From NCBI GenBank assembly GCA_010093815.1, contig ML996579.1: a stretch of DNA of 64,000 nucleotides. One strand, written 5' to 3'. The position numbers and the translations under genes are program-made. Source of the DNA: Pseudovirgaria hyperparasitica (taxonomy: Eukaryota). How positions within the stretch are numbered: position 1 is the first letter of the stretch; each line of letters starts with the position of its first letter. Shown piece by piece: positions 49,241 to 61,443 of the stretch. The notes beneath the pieces were generated by a model that was given only the letters and a program-made list of their open reading frames with translations, had not been told where the DNA came from and did no database searches.

Positions 49241-51661
49241 TCAAGCCTTCTCCTCACCCTCTTTTTTGCCAGCGTCATTGGGGGCCTCACCCTCGCCTTC
49301 GCCTTTAGACTTGACATATTCGTCATACACGTTCATAGCTTCATCAACCTTGGCACGAAGAGCGACCTCGTCGTTAATCCTGCACAGTGTTAGTGAAATT
49401 GTCCAAGTGTTTAGGTAGATATGGACTTGACTTACAGGTTGATGAGCTCGGTATTGTCCATCTCCAACAACATACCAGTGATCTTACCAGCCAACTCGGG
49501 CTGCTGAGTGTGGATCTTGGGGTACAGAGCCTCACCGAGCATCTGTTTCTGAGTCTGTGGTGGAGCAGCGTTCAGAGCGTTGACGTCAACACCATCAACA
49601 GGGGGCAATGGTCCGGACTGGCCAGTCTGACCAGGGGCAGGACGACCTTGGGGAAATCCAAGACCACCTTGGCCTGAGCGTCCATTTTGCTGGAAACCAC
49701 CACGGCCGCCTTGACCGGCTTGCTGACCACCACGCATGCCTGGAACCATCGGAGGCATCTGAGGCATGCCAGGAGCACCACCCATTGGACCACCACGACC
49801 ACCAGAACCACGACCGCCCATAGCAGCGGCTTGTACTTGAGCGACCTGCTGCAGGTACTGAGGGTTCATGTACGGAGGGAAGGCGCCAGGAGGCATGTTT
49901 GGTGGCATACCATACATTGGTGGCATTTGCTGGCCGTTGGGGCCGCCACGTCCACCTTGTTGAGGACCACCAGGGAAGCCAGCTCCGCGTCCTCCTTGTC
50001 CTCCGCTCGGCATTACGGGGAATGGCATCTGACCACGAGCATTCGGAGGCATGAAGCCCTGCTGACCAGGAGGGAAGAACATCTGGGGTTGAATGAATCC
50101 CTGGGTGGGCATGCCACCGGCGACAGCAGCCTGCTGTTGGAGACGAATTTGATTACGAGCTTGGATGGTGGCCTCGAGCTATGGCATCATGGTTAGCAAC
50201 AGAGACTAAAGTGCGCTTTCAGAGTTTGCAACGTACCTGACTCTTGCGCACATCCTTACGCTGAGCGAGAGCAACGTATAGAGGCTTGCTCTCAAACATC
50301 TTTTGATTCATCTCGGTAACAGCCTTGGTAGCCTCATCAGGATTGCTGAAGCACACGAAGCCGAAACCTTTGCTCTTGCCAAGAATCTTCTTCTCGCCCT
50401 TGATGGTGACCTTGTCCTTCTCCTTGGTGTCCTTTGACTCGTCGCCTGAGCCTTCCTTCTTGTCTTCGCTCTCTTCGTCTTTCTTTGCCTCATCCTTCTC
50501 AGTCTTTGCCTCGTCCTCATCCTTGTTTTCCTCAGCCTCAGCACCATCAGCGGGGAGAGTGTCACGCATGACCTTGGCGGAGGTAATGTTGCCGTATGGC
50601 GCAAACATATCGCGTAGCTTATCATCATCCACATCGTCATTGAGGTTTTTGACGTACAGATTAACGCCCTGGTACTTCGACTGCTTCTCAATACGGGCAG
50701 CCTCATATTGCTTACGGAGCTCCTCCTCACGTTCGTGCTTCTTCTGCGCACGGCCCACGTACAGCTTCTGACCCTTAAAGTCAGAATCGTTCAGTGTGTC
50801 CACTGCGACAGAAGCATCCTCGTGCTTGATGAAGTTGACGAAACCAAAGCCACGGCTCTTACCAGCATCATCAACAGCCAAAGAGGCGGAGGTGATAGGA
50901 CCGTGCTTCTCGAAAAGAGCGCGGAACTCTTCCTCAGTAGCCTCTAGATCAATGTTCTTGACGTAGATGTTGGTGAAATTGGCCTTCATCTCCTCAAACT
51001 TGCTCATGCGATCCTTCTTAGGAATATGGTGACCAACGAAAACCTTCTTCTCGTTCAACAACATACCGTTGACATGCTTGATGGCATTGGTGGCTGCCTC
51101 GGCAGTCTCGTAGTGAACGAATCCGTAACCCTTGGAGTTGCCTTGCTCATCCTGAGCGACCTTGCAACTGAGGATGTTGCCAAACGCGGCAAATGTATCG
51201 TGGAGAGCCTTGTTGTCGATAGCAACATCCAGGTTTTTGATGAAGACATTTCCTTGACCAGTCTTGCGCAGAGCTGGGTCACGCTGGGACCACATGATGC
51301 GGCAGGGCTTTCCTTTGATGACAGTGTAGTTGAGCTCCTCCAAAGCCTTCTCTCCGTCCTCGGAAGAGTTGTAGTTGACATAAGCGTATCCGAGAGAGCG
51401 ACGAGTAACGGCGTCACGGCAGACACGAATCGAAGCTACCTGGCCGATGGAGGAGAAGAGCTCGAACAACATGGCTTCGGTGACAGAAGGATCGAGCTCG
51501 CCCACGTAGAGGGAAGCAGAGTTGTGATGGGCAGAGGAAGGTGCTGCAGAGGTGGGAGTTGGCACCTCAGAGCCGGAAGGCGCACCGACATTGGTGTTGA
51601 TGCTGGCACCGTTGGGACCGGCCTCAGCGGGCGCCGGTGAAGTAGAAGCTTCAGCAGACAT
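49241..51661 (-). CDS. PAB1: Cytoplasmic poly(A)-binding protein, 3 exons
   Basis: Four RRMs ([42 protein letters not shown]) and MLLE domain [26 protein letters not shown]. Confidence 0.98.
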
Positions 51662-52583
51662 GTTTCTTTTCTTTGTGTTGACGTCGTTAAAGACTGAGTG
51701 GGCGATAAGATCCTGCGGAGGGAGGATATTGTCAAGAACAGAGAGCGTGCGAAGGTGAAGACCGAGTGCTCGCGTTGGCGAAGACGGCGGTCAGAATCTC
51801 AACGTGAGGGATTTGGCTTTTCTGTTCTTTACGGGGGGTTTTTTTTTTGCAAGGACGGGTTTTCGACGGTTTTCTGGAGGGGATGGGGCAAAGAGAGACT
51901 TCGCAGACTCTCCGGAGGATAGGCTTGACAAAGCTTGAAGATGTGGTTTTTTTTATGATTTTGGGGGTGGAGAAAAAGTATCAGGCGGTCGCGAAGTGCG
52001 TCTTGTAAGAATTCGGGTAGTCACGGGACCTGGCGGGAATTCGCGCTAGCCGCGAAAATTCAGTGAGGGAGCCCCCGGCCGCTAGCAGAGAGGGGGTGGG
52101 GGTGCATTTAAGCGAGCGAAAACAACATCACCGTCGTCATCATCGTCAGCATTCACTTGTGTAAGGGGTGTTGAACAACAGAGTTCATTCTCTTATGATA
52201 TCCACGTCTGAAAGGACCAGGCTCAAACGAAAGAAATCAGTTTAAAGGCCCTTGTCACTGTACACTGGGATTGGCTCACGCCGCCACATGCAAACAGCTG
52301 CTCAGGGGTTTATTCACATGCACACTGGGTAAGAGCTGGTCAGTGTGACAAGTTGTTACGTGGCATCATTATGACCCATGTCTCAATGTTGATAGCTTAG
52401 AGTATCTATCATACAAGTGCCATCATGCTATCAAAGACACTATTCCGCATCTTTAAACAGTAACGCCGCGCTCGTTAACATAACGTGATACCTTATGTTC
52501 CCATATGTAAAGTATGTACCACAATGGATCTCCAAATATACAATGAGCCGGATGTGGGTATCGTGCAATCGTCTTCTTTGCCT

Positions 52584-55500
52584 CTACTCCTGGAGGCTCT
52601 CATCCCATCCACCGCGCTCCATCAGGAAGCCTTCTACACGCTCTCGACACTCCTCCAAGCCCGTCCCTAGCGCATCTCGCCACTGTCCCTCTACCACCTC
52701 AACCTTCTCCTTCAAATCCAGTGTCAGTCTCGCCTCTTCATCTTGCCTAATGGCTTGCATCTCGGCTTCCACCGTCGCATGATCTTCCCCGGCCATATGT
52801 CTTTGCATCTCTAGCAGACGTGTACTGGCAGCCATCACGCCATTCTTGACCTCATGAAGGAGGCAGAATAGATTTGTCTGCGATTCGATGAATTGATACG
52901 CAGACTTCCTTGCATGATCGAGCAGCGAGTACAAATACTGCATAGGAAAGTCGTAGTAGGACGGATTTTCGCTGTACTCCTGAAGTGGGATCAAGATCTG
53001 AAAATCCTCAAGATCCTGCGGTACCTTTTGGACCACGGTAAGAAGTCCCGGAGCTATGTCCCAGAAGGCAGATAGCTGATCCTCCACACCGCGAGATACG
53101 TTCGCCTCTACGATCCTGAGGAATTCTTCAAAGCGTCTGAGGGTGTCTTTCTCGAATCCGACCTTGCGCTCTTGTGCATCTTTGGTAAAGAAGGCATCGA
53201 CCTCTTTGGCCTTATCTTGATTGCCTCCCATATCGTATGGGATCAGTACGTACTTCTTGTAGTATTCGTCTCGCTCTCGCTCAACTTCAAACAGATCCCG
53301 ATGAAGTTGCTCGCGCACCTCGAAAAGCCACTTTAGAAGAGTCAATTTCTCGAGTAGCTCTGGTTGCTCATCTCCTTCTTCCTGCGTTTGATTGGGATTT
53401 GACTCATGCGCTAGATCCTTCCTCAGATGATCAATTGAGGCTGTAGCCTTGGTGACTCTCTCTGAAAGCAACGCATTCAATGGGCCGTATACTTCTTTTT
53501 TATAGCCGTCGAATTCTGCCTTTGCGCATTGCTGGCTACGCTGCACTTCTTGACTGTCGAAATTGGCTTCTGCTTTGGCTGCATCGGCAAAGCTCATATG
53601 TCCCGAACGTATTTGGTCCTGTATATCGAAACGGAGATGGTTCCGTCGTTCTGCTGCTGCTGTGCGCTCTTGCTCTCGAGCTGACGCTACCCGGGATTTG
53701 AACTCATCTTTAATTGGGTTCACACTATCGAAATCGCTCAAGCTGCGTAGAACAGCACGAATAGAGGCTAAATCAGGATGGTTATTGTTGACTGCGGGGT
53801 GGTGACGAGGGTATGGCGGTGGAAGGGTGACTAGCCGAGAAACGTCAAGTTTATATGGGTCTGGAGTCGCTGGTGCAGAGTGGGTGAAGAACTGGTATGA
53901 GTGCGCAGATTGCGGGAGCTGTTGTTCGTGTAGGCCGAACTTCTCTGGCGGATACTCATTCGGACCAAGACCTGCATAGTCAATGCTAGGCCCTGGAGTA
54001 CCACTATACGGTGGTGTGCTCTCTCCATCCCACTGGAGATGTTCGCGAACTTCCTTGGGAAGACCCATATACTTTGACTCACGCTTCGATCGTTCTAGCT
54101 TCTTACCGCCTCTGCCTACTGATCCATTGGCGCTTTCTTCCCACCATCGACTGGCGGACCGTCCTCGAGAATCTTGCTCGTCTGGTACAGTGCTCACTGC
54201 CATACTTGGTATGGGTGATAGGCATGGTTGGAACCCTGTGTGATGCGGGTTCTCCCCACGGCTCTGTTGACTCGAAACACTCGCTGGTGAGTCTGGCTCA
54301 CCGCGGGCAAACGTTGTCTTCGTAACTGCTGGGCTAGGGGTTGGGAAAGGAGAGGAAGGTGTCGCAGACCGCCAATGAGATGCTGATAGAGGTGCCGTCT
54401 GGCTAGGGGTAGCGGATCGCCGTCCTGTGCCATTATATGAACGCCACATGTCCCGTGTAAGGTCGAAAATTTCGCTAGCCATGCTATCAAATGCCGCTGA
54501 ATATTGATCACGCCGTAATCGAGATTCTGCAACAATAAATTCGGCAAACATTTCAAGACGCTCTTGGTCGGTTTGAGCATTCCTTTCCCTGTCAACAAAA
54601 ATCCGATGCCTCTCGATAGCAGCTTCGGCGAAGAGGGCACCTTCTGAAGACTTAGGTCGGTTTATGGCACCAGCAATGGCCGTAGGTGTTTTCGTCATAC
54701 CAGCAGAAGGTGGACGAAATGGCGAGAGTGGAGCCTGCATCGAAATATCCTCATTGGGAACATGGAGAATGTGCGATATAGGTCGATCCAAGGCATGTAG
54801 CCTCGGTACCCCAAGTCCGGATGCGGAAGGCTCCATATGTTGCGATATGGGTGGTGTAGGAAGCGCTTTTGGAGGCACTGCCGGATTTACGGATCTTCCC
54901 TGTACCGCTTTCCCGGAGGCCTTGTCTACAGTTGGGGAGAATGGAGGAGTCGGCGCAAAAGACTCTGGCGACATCACTCTGGCCGATGGGTCTGCAGTCC
55001 GGGGCGTGGAATGAGACGATGACGGTTCGGCTTCAAGAGAGCTCTTCTTCGTCAGAAACCCTGGTGATGGCATCCCTCTGCTGCCTGCGCTCCTCGGTGT
55101 ACCCTTTGTGATGGTACGTCTCCGGCTAAGAGCGCTACCTATCGAGTCTAAAACTAAATCTGCAGGTTTGGCAGATGTGGATGGGCTGGCAGCTTGTTGC
55201 ATGTCACGAGCCCAGGGATTATTGTTTTGCTCAACGGCCGTCGGAGGCTCCCCAATGCGCTCTCTCGCAGCTCGGCTTTCATTCCTGCGTTCTCTAATTC
55301 CTCTGGCGCTTGGATCACGTTTGGCTGTATTACGGTCCAGCACACTAGGGAACACGTGTGCGGTGTGAGGCTCAGAAATTCGGCTCCCTGAAGCTGTACT
55401 TCCTTCGCCATTAGTATTGGAGTTCCAGTCCGAGCCTGTAACGGAAGTTCCAGTCTCAAGACGAAGGCCTCTTGCAGCGGGTGACTTTGAACGCCTTCGA

Positions 55501-56846
55501 GCGTCTTCCTCAACCCAATCCGCGGGCGTTGGCGGTACAGGTCCAAGCATTGTGCCTGTTTGAGGTGGTCTTCTAGTAGGGGGCCCAGGAAGAGGGATTG
55601 TGCCTCCAGCGGCGGATGAGGAGGAAGGAAAGTGATCTGGTGTCCTACTCATACTCTGTGACCGCGAATTGGTCGGTGGTGGTGGACCTGGAGGTGGTGG
55701 AGGCAGAGCCGCCCCAGGAGCTGAAGCCTGCACGGGAGACTCCGTACTACCACTTCTCCTAGACGGCCCGGCGATGCCAATTGCACCAGTGGATGCAGCC
55801 CTCCTCGCTGCAGGTGCTCGAACGTCCATGTTATAGAATTCACGCTCGTTGATGATGTGCTGGGTGCCTCGACTGGGTCCTCAATTAGTCGTCATACCTA
55901 TCAAAGAATCCAACTTCACAACGGCACTTACTGCTGCAAGTCTGGCGTCCGCATTAGGGCATCTGTAGTACCTTGCCGGAGTGATTCCATGTTGCTCGGC
56001 CCTGCTATTATCTCTGGTGCCTTATCTTTATGCCTGGACATCAGACTGAAGAAGCCTCGGTCGCCTTTGGGGCGTGACGAAGACCTATCTCGCCCGGGCG
56101 GCGGAGGGAAAGATGCACCAGCCAGTTGTGGGGTTGTATGTGCCGATATAGTTCTGTTTTGCTCCGGCGTCCTCGAACTGGATGCAACCGCTGGGCTATA
56201 TTCAGCGTGCTGCGATCCCCCAGGCGACATAATGTTCTGTACAGATGCAAAGACATTGTTCGCGTTGTGGTGGGTCGGGCTGGCAGCATGGGCCATATTG
56301 GGAGAATATGGAGGAGGAGGAGAGGGCATTGAAGCTATATTATTCACAATCAGCATTTTCCCAGCGTCTACGCATGAGGATCGGCGACATACCCTCCATT
56401 CCTGTCAGACCATCCGACCTCACAGTAGATTGAGGACTTGACCGTGGCATGAAAGTTCCACTGGTAGGGCCATGCCTCCCCCATTCTTGTGGATTGTACG
56501 ACGACACCATGGCTGTCGCGCTCCGGCAGCTCATAGGCGACTGGGAGCCTCTCGAGGAAGACGACGGCAGCGTGGTAGCAGAGGCTGGCGAGAAGACTGA
56601 CGGGGTATATGGGGAAAGCGGAGTGTTTATGGAGACGGCCGAGGCGGGTGTAGGAGGTTGTAAGAAAGTCCCGTGCTGCGCGCCTATTGTGGTAGTTATG
56701 GAAGGCGGCTGTTGTACAGCTATGCGCCGTAATGGAGACGGCTGTGCGGTACGATACAACGGCGATGAAGATATGGCAGGAGAGGTAGGATTAGGCGGGG
56801 GACCTGGAGGAGGAGGATAGACATTCCTTTGACTAGCGCCGTGCAT
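52584..56846 (-). CDS. Large uncharacterised protein: Pro/Ser-rich N-terminus, helical/coiled-coil C-terminus
   Basis: Three consecutive minus-strand ORFs joined by GTATGT/GTAAGT-type introns, 1081-aa last exon with structured-looking segments (LDVSRLVTLPPPYPRHHPAVNNNHPDL, EGDEQPELLEKLTLLKWLFE). No function recognised. Confidence 0.85.
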
Positions 56847-58030
56847 CTGGAGAAGCCTCGAGTGGCTGTCGCGAATGCGCGAATCCGAATTCACGGTTAT
56901 ACTGTGCTGTGGGAGGGTCTGCTTGAAGGAACAATTGTGGGCGTTGAGTCGTCTGTGGGTACGGGGTTTCTGTGATGGGGGCCATCTGATGGGGCGTCTG
57001 CTTAAGCCCTCAAGGATTGTCAAACGGAGATGCTACACAGATGGTATAAGCAGGACAAGCTTCTGCCTTGTAAGCCTATACACCACACCACACTGATGGG
57101 CCGATGAGTGATAGTGACTGCAGCAGTAGAATGCAGCGATTGGATGGACAGCCTCAAGCTTCTCCTCAACCTCTGTAGTCAGTGGAAAGGCTTCAAGCCC
57201 GTTTCTATTTTGGAGGTCTACTCCATGCACTAGCATGCTCATGGCTGGGGCACGCGAATACAGTGGCTTCATTGAGCGAATCAAAATGCTTGGGCGTGCG
57301 TTCGGCATTGGCAGGGGTGCAGGGCACCATGCATATCTCCAGCGCCGGCGCTTAGCTTCTTGGTCCTCTGTCACTTTGTGCTTGAGGTGCTGATGCTGGT
57401 GCCGATATTACGGCGGCCGTTGTGTTCAACGAAGATATGCTGTGTAGCAAGATAAACGGCACACGCGTATATACGGGTCCAATGTAAGAACGTTCTGTAG
57501 TGACGCCGCATGAGGGAAAATAGGAGGGCGGACCTGAAAGACAGGTTGGGATATCGATAGTAATCAGATCCTCGGCCAGACTAGACCCGTTGGAGTCAAT
57601 TTCTGGCGGGGTGACACACGGATGCTACACGTTGATTGGTGTGTTGGGTCAGCCGTCTATATATAGATCTTCCCGCAGCTCACGTGGATGTATCCTTCAG
57701 ATCCGTAAATATACGGTCAAAGAATTAAGAGTCTACTGCGAAGTAACCATCATCACTGTCACCAAATACACAGCTTATAGCCTTCTAGACCTGCAGTTCA
57801 CACAACGTGCTAGAATCCTGCGCATGAGTGATTTCGAGAACTCAAAAGCCATTAGGTTGTATCTAAGTGTAGATTGTAGGTAGCTCTGCACGTTGATCAG
57901 GTTGTAATGATGTTGATTTAGGCTATGCTATTATGAGTGTGTATGTCGCAATGCAATCATCATGTCAACCCTCTGCAGTGTGTACCAACCACCCGTCTTA
58001 CCAGAATGCCCCACACACTTGTCCGGATTC

Positions 58031-59221
58031 TTATTTCTGGTACTTGTTGTAGGTGTCAATCACCTTTTGCACTTCGTCATAACTGCCCAGGAAGATGCCG
58101 GACCGATCGTGAATATGCTCGGGCGGAACCTCAAGCATGCGCTGCATCTTACTATTGACAGCCTGACCACCAGCTATACATTCGTTAGCAAGCGGCATCC
58201 TATAAGCCGAGACGGAACTCACCATTTTCAAAAACCATAGCCATAGGAGCGCATTCGTACAGAATACGAAGCTTTCCCTTGGGGCTCTTCTTGTCTGCTG
58301 GGTACGCAAAGATACCTCCGTACAATAGAGTACGGTAAGCATCTGCCACCATGGAACCGATGTATCTCGCGCTATATGGCTTGCTCGATTCAGATCCCTT
58401 GAGGCTGTTGACCCACTCCTTGATCGGCTCTTCCCAGTAAAGACTGTTACCCTCATTCACCGAATAGATCGCGCGCTGCTTCGGAACCTTCATGTCGGGA
58501 TGGGTCATGATGAACTCGCCCAGCGCATTGTCCATGGTGAAGCCAGTGACAGGACCGTCCTTTGTGGTAATGACTAATTGCGTCGAGGCTCCATACATGG
58601 TAAATCCACTAGCCACCAGCTCCGTTCCAGGTTTCAGGATCTCTTCTTTTGTCCCCTGCGCCCCTGGCTCGAGTCTATAGATGCCGAAGATTGTACCGAC
58701 CGATACACCTGCGTCTAGATTGGACGAACCGTCGATAGGATCGCAAACGACAGCATATCTGGCATCTGGAAATTCATCAAACTTGATGACCTCCTCCTCC
58801 TCCTCCGAGACCAACATGCGTACTCTTGCACAGCTGCGCATCGCGCTGATGAACAGATCATTTCCAATCACATCAAGCTTCTTCTGATCGTCGCCCGTGG
58901 TATTTGATGAGCCCGCAAGACCAGTGAGCTACAGGCACTGTTAGCATCATGTCCGCACAGCTGCAGACTGTACGACGTACGTTGATGAGGGTAGCACGTC
59001 GAATGTAATATGCTATGCTTTTGAATGCAAATTGTAGGGCGTGGCAGAGTAACCTGAGCTCAGTGGTCAGTCTGTAGAACTGACTCAAGATGAGCGTCAA
59101 CATACGTGAAGTCTCCAGTGGCTTCTTTGTGTTTGGTTTGCTCCTCGGTCAGGAAGCGCGTGAGAGTGACAATGTCGGTGTTGACCTTTTCCGTCGGAGC
59201 TCCATTTCCGTTCGTTGCCAT
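58031..59221 (-). CDS. FBP1: Fructose-1,6-bisphosphatase class I, 4 exons
   Basis: NTDIVTLTRFL, TGDDQKKLDVIGN, VSEEEE, DPIDGSSNLD, YSARYIGSMVADAYRTLLYGGIF, KLRILYECAPMA. Confidence 0.98.
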
Positions 59222-59624
59222 GATTGCGAGTTTAATGGTCGTTGGGGTCTTTCAGGGAAAAGAGAGAGAGGAGAAAGCGATGATATTAAGATTTAGTACA
59301 GATGTCAAAGTGAAGCTTCAGATGATTCAGAAGAGCCTCGGGTGTGCGGATTAATCTGCTACGGCCTTGGAGTTTCTGCAATTACTTCAAGTATGTGCGA
59401 GGTGAGTTATGGAGGTTGGTATGGACCCGATCGTGGTGTAATGAAGAAGCAGCGAGCCGATTGTCTCATGATTAAGTATCCCGAGGTCAAACTTGTACCA
59501 GGCCGTGATTTGCCGTTCTCGTGAGAGCGGAGTGTACTGCTACAGAGTGCCAGATGACGACGATAGGTGGAGCGTTCTGATTGCGGGGCAGATTAGCTCC
59601 TTGAGGTCTCTGCAGTGCTTTCTC

Positions 59625-59637
59625 CCGACATCTCCCG
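59625..59637. promoter_or_regulatory. CCG-N7-CCG AcuK/AcuM (AOD2/AOD5)-type site upstream of FBP1
   Basis: CCGACATCTCCCG about 400 bp upstream of the FBP1 ATG; SYGGRG CreA-type sites nearby (59527, 59568, 59583). Confidence 0.65.
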
Positions 59638-60229
59638 CTATTCGGCCGGCTTCATAGCGATAAATGGCGCATCGTCTTGAGACAGCGACGGTCATGTATC
59701 AATATCATAGATGAGAAGACATTGGAGTGAAAGGAGTCCGCCATTGCTACCCTAGCACCACTCAAGTTTAATCACAGACATCGGGATCAAGTGCTCGCGT
59801 GTTCATGACCTCCAGAAGCGGTAAGGTCTGATCGACTCGGCACAGCACCGTCCTGCTGGGAAAAAGACTACATGAGCGTGCCAACCATTAGCATATTCTG
59901 TGTCAGCAGGCTCATCGATTCGTGGAATGAGGTTGGCATAACGATTATTGCTGAGAAGTCATTGGGATTCAGGCTACAACAAAGCCAACGTGGGTGTTGG
60001 ATCATTTCAGGGAGAGCCCTGGCAGGGAGAAGTGTGTAAGCTAGGCTCGAAAGAGCAAGGGAGCTATGGCCCAGCTAGCCTGCGCCGGGGAACAGCCGTA
60101 GTTCAACCGTAGTAGCGAAACTTTTTCTCGGTTACCAATTCGTCTACAAAGCTCTTCTTCACCAGCCCATCTTCAATACACATCTCGCCATGCAACTATG
60201 TAAGTACAGCTACTTCTCGTCTTTCCTTT

Positions 60230-60306
60230 CTGATGATTTGTACAACCGCAAACTAGAGTCTTTGACCTCCAAAGAGGAATGAAACTCATCGCACACGTCA
60301 GTCTGA
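60230..60306 (+). ncRNA. snR78: Box C/D snoRNA snR78 homolog, with an snR72-like second guide
   Basis: C box TGATGA 60231; guide CAAACTAGAGTC (complement of LSU rRNA GACTCTAGTTTG) before D' TTGA; CACGTCAGT before D box CTGA 60303. Confidence 0.88.
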
Positions 60307-60506
60307 CTACTGTCGCTTCACGAAAACATTTTTTCTATTACTGCAAAGTCGTCAACTGACAATTTCTCTAGTTCGCATCCGTGACGCGTCGACTTCCTCG
60401 CGCTGATGTGATCTGACAGATCTCTTCGCATCTATTAGGTGCGAAGAGTATGAGCTTTGTAAATGTAAGTCTCTGATACCCTGCCATGATAATATTTACC
60501 CTCGCG

Positions 60507-60591
60507 ATGATGACGTGTGAGCATTGCTCGCTGGAAATTACCGACCGAGTAGACTTCGGTCTCTCTGAGGCACAACAAAGGCTGTATCTGA
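60507..60591 (+). ncRNA. snR77: Box C/D snoRNA snR77 homolog
   Basis: ATGATGA 60507; guide GCTGGAAATTACCG (matches SSU CGGTAATTCCAGC with one bulge) before D' CCGA; CTGA 60588. Confidence 0.85.
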
Positions 60592-60712
60592 GCTTCAACT
60601 ATGTCACCTACTGTTCTGCATAATTGGTTGACGGTGTACTGACAAGATGAATTAGGTCGCAACAAGGCTCGCTCTTATACGGTATGGCCATCTTCTGCTC
60701 CTCGAATACTAC

Positions 60713-60795
60713 GTGATGAATGGCACTGGGCTCCGAACTCTAGAATGAAAAGGATATGCCATACTGCGACAGGCCTAGAAAACCTCGTCCACTGA
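60713..60795 (+). ncRNA. snR76: Box C/D snoRNA snR76 homolog
   Basis: GTGATGA 60713; guide GCACTGGGC (complement of LSU GCCCAGTGC) before D' CCGA; CTGA 60792. Confidence 0.85.
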
Positions 60796-60935
60796 TATCT
60801 GCCTTGTGTCTGCGACATGTCGACGGTGTTTATTATTCATGGAACTGACGTCGCGTCAGGCATCGCGTTGAACACACCGCGCATGAAACCTCTTTACAGT
60901 GTAAGTCATGTGCACCACCTCCACTCCTCCTCTAC

Positions 60936-61017
60936 GTGATGAACATCTAGATGACGAGTCTTATCTGGATTTTCCAATGCAGACACCACTTTTTTAATAA
61001 CCATTCATGCCAACTGA
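60936..61017 (+). ncRNA. snR75: Box C/D snoRNA snR75 homolog
   Basis: GTGATGA 60936; TAGATGACGAG and CCATTCATGC, complementary to adjacent LSU segments CTCGTCATCTA and GCATGAATGG; CTGA 61014. Confidence 0.88.
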
Positions 61018-61129
61018 AATGAAACTGTTCTCCTCGGCCTTTATCGCTCTTCAAGCACTGACGCTGACATGTCGAAAGAAGTCTAGACCATTGGTGTAAA
61101 GTATCTCTCCTTCCGATTGCGCGCCTTCG

Positions 61130-61204
61130 ATGATGATTCGACTTAAAAATGACAAGCATATGTCCAAGCCACCTCGGTGGTGTTGACGAGACTGTCTCAT
61201 CTGA
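61130..61204 (+). ncRNA. snR74: Box C/D snoRNA snR74 homolog
   Basis: ATGATGA 61130; guide GACAAGCATATG (complement of SSU 5' region CATATGCTTGTC); CTGA 61201. Confidence 0.88.
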
Positions 61205-61359
61205 CTGTCGTGCGGCATGATCGGCGAGCTTGCCAGCAGGTCTGAACCTCTGACTGACTGCGCATCAGATTTGTGGTTGAACATTACGAGCTGGATGTAT
61301 TCTACCAAGGTAAGCCATCTCCGCATGACGTCCCCTTGTTCAACTTTTACACCTTCCCA

Positions 61360-61443
61360 ATGATGATTTACTCTATCTCACGACGGTCAACTGAGCTACA
61401 AGTTAGCTTTGACGAAAGTGCCTGTGACAGGGCTTTGATCTGA
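61360..61443 (+). ncRNA. snR73: Box C/D snoRNA snR73 homolog
   Basis: ATGATGA 61360; guide TCTCACGACGGTC (complement of LSU GACCGTCGTGAGA) before D' CTGA; CCTGTGACAGGGC; CTGA 61440. Confidence 0.88.
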
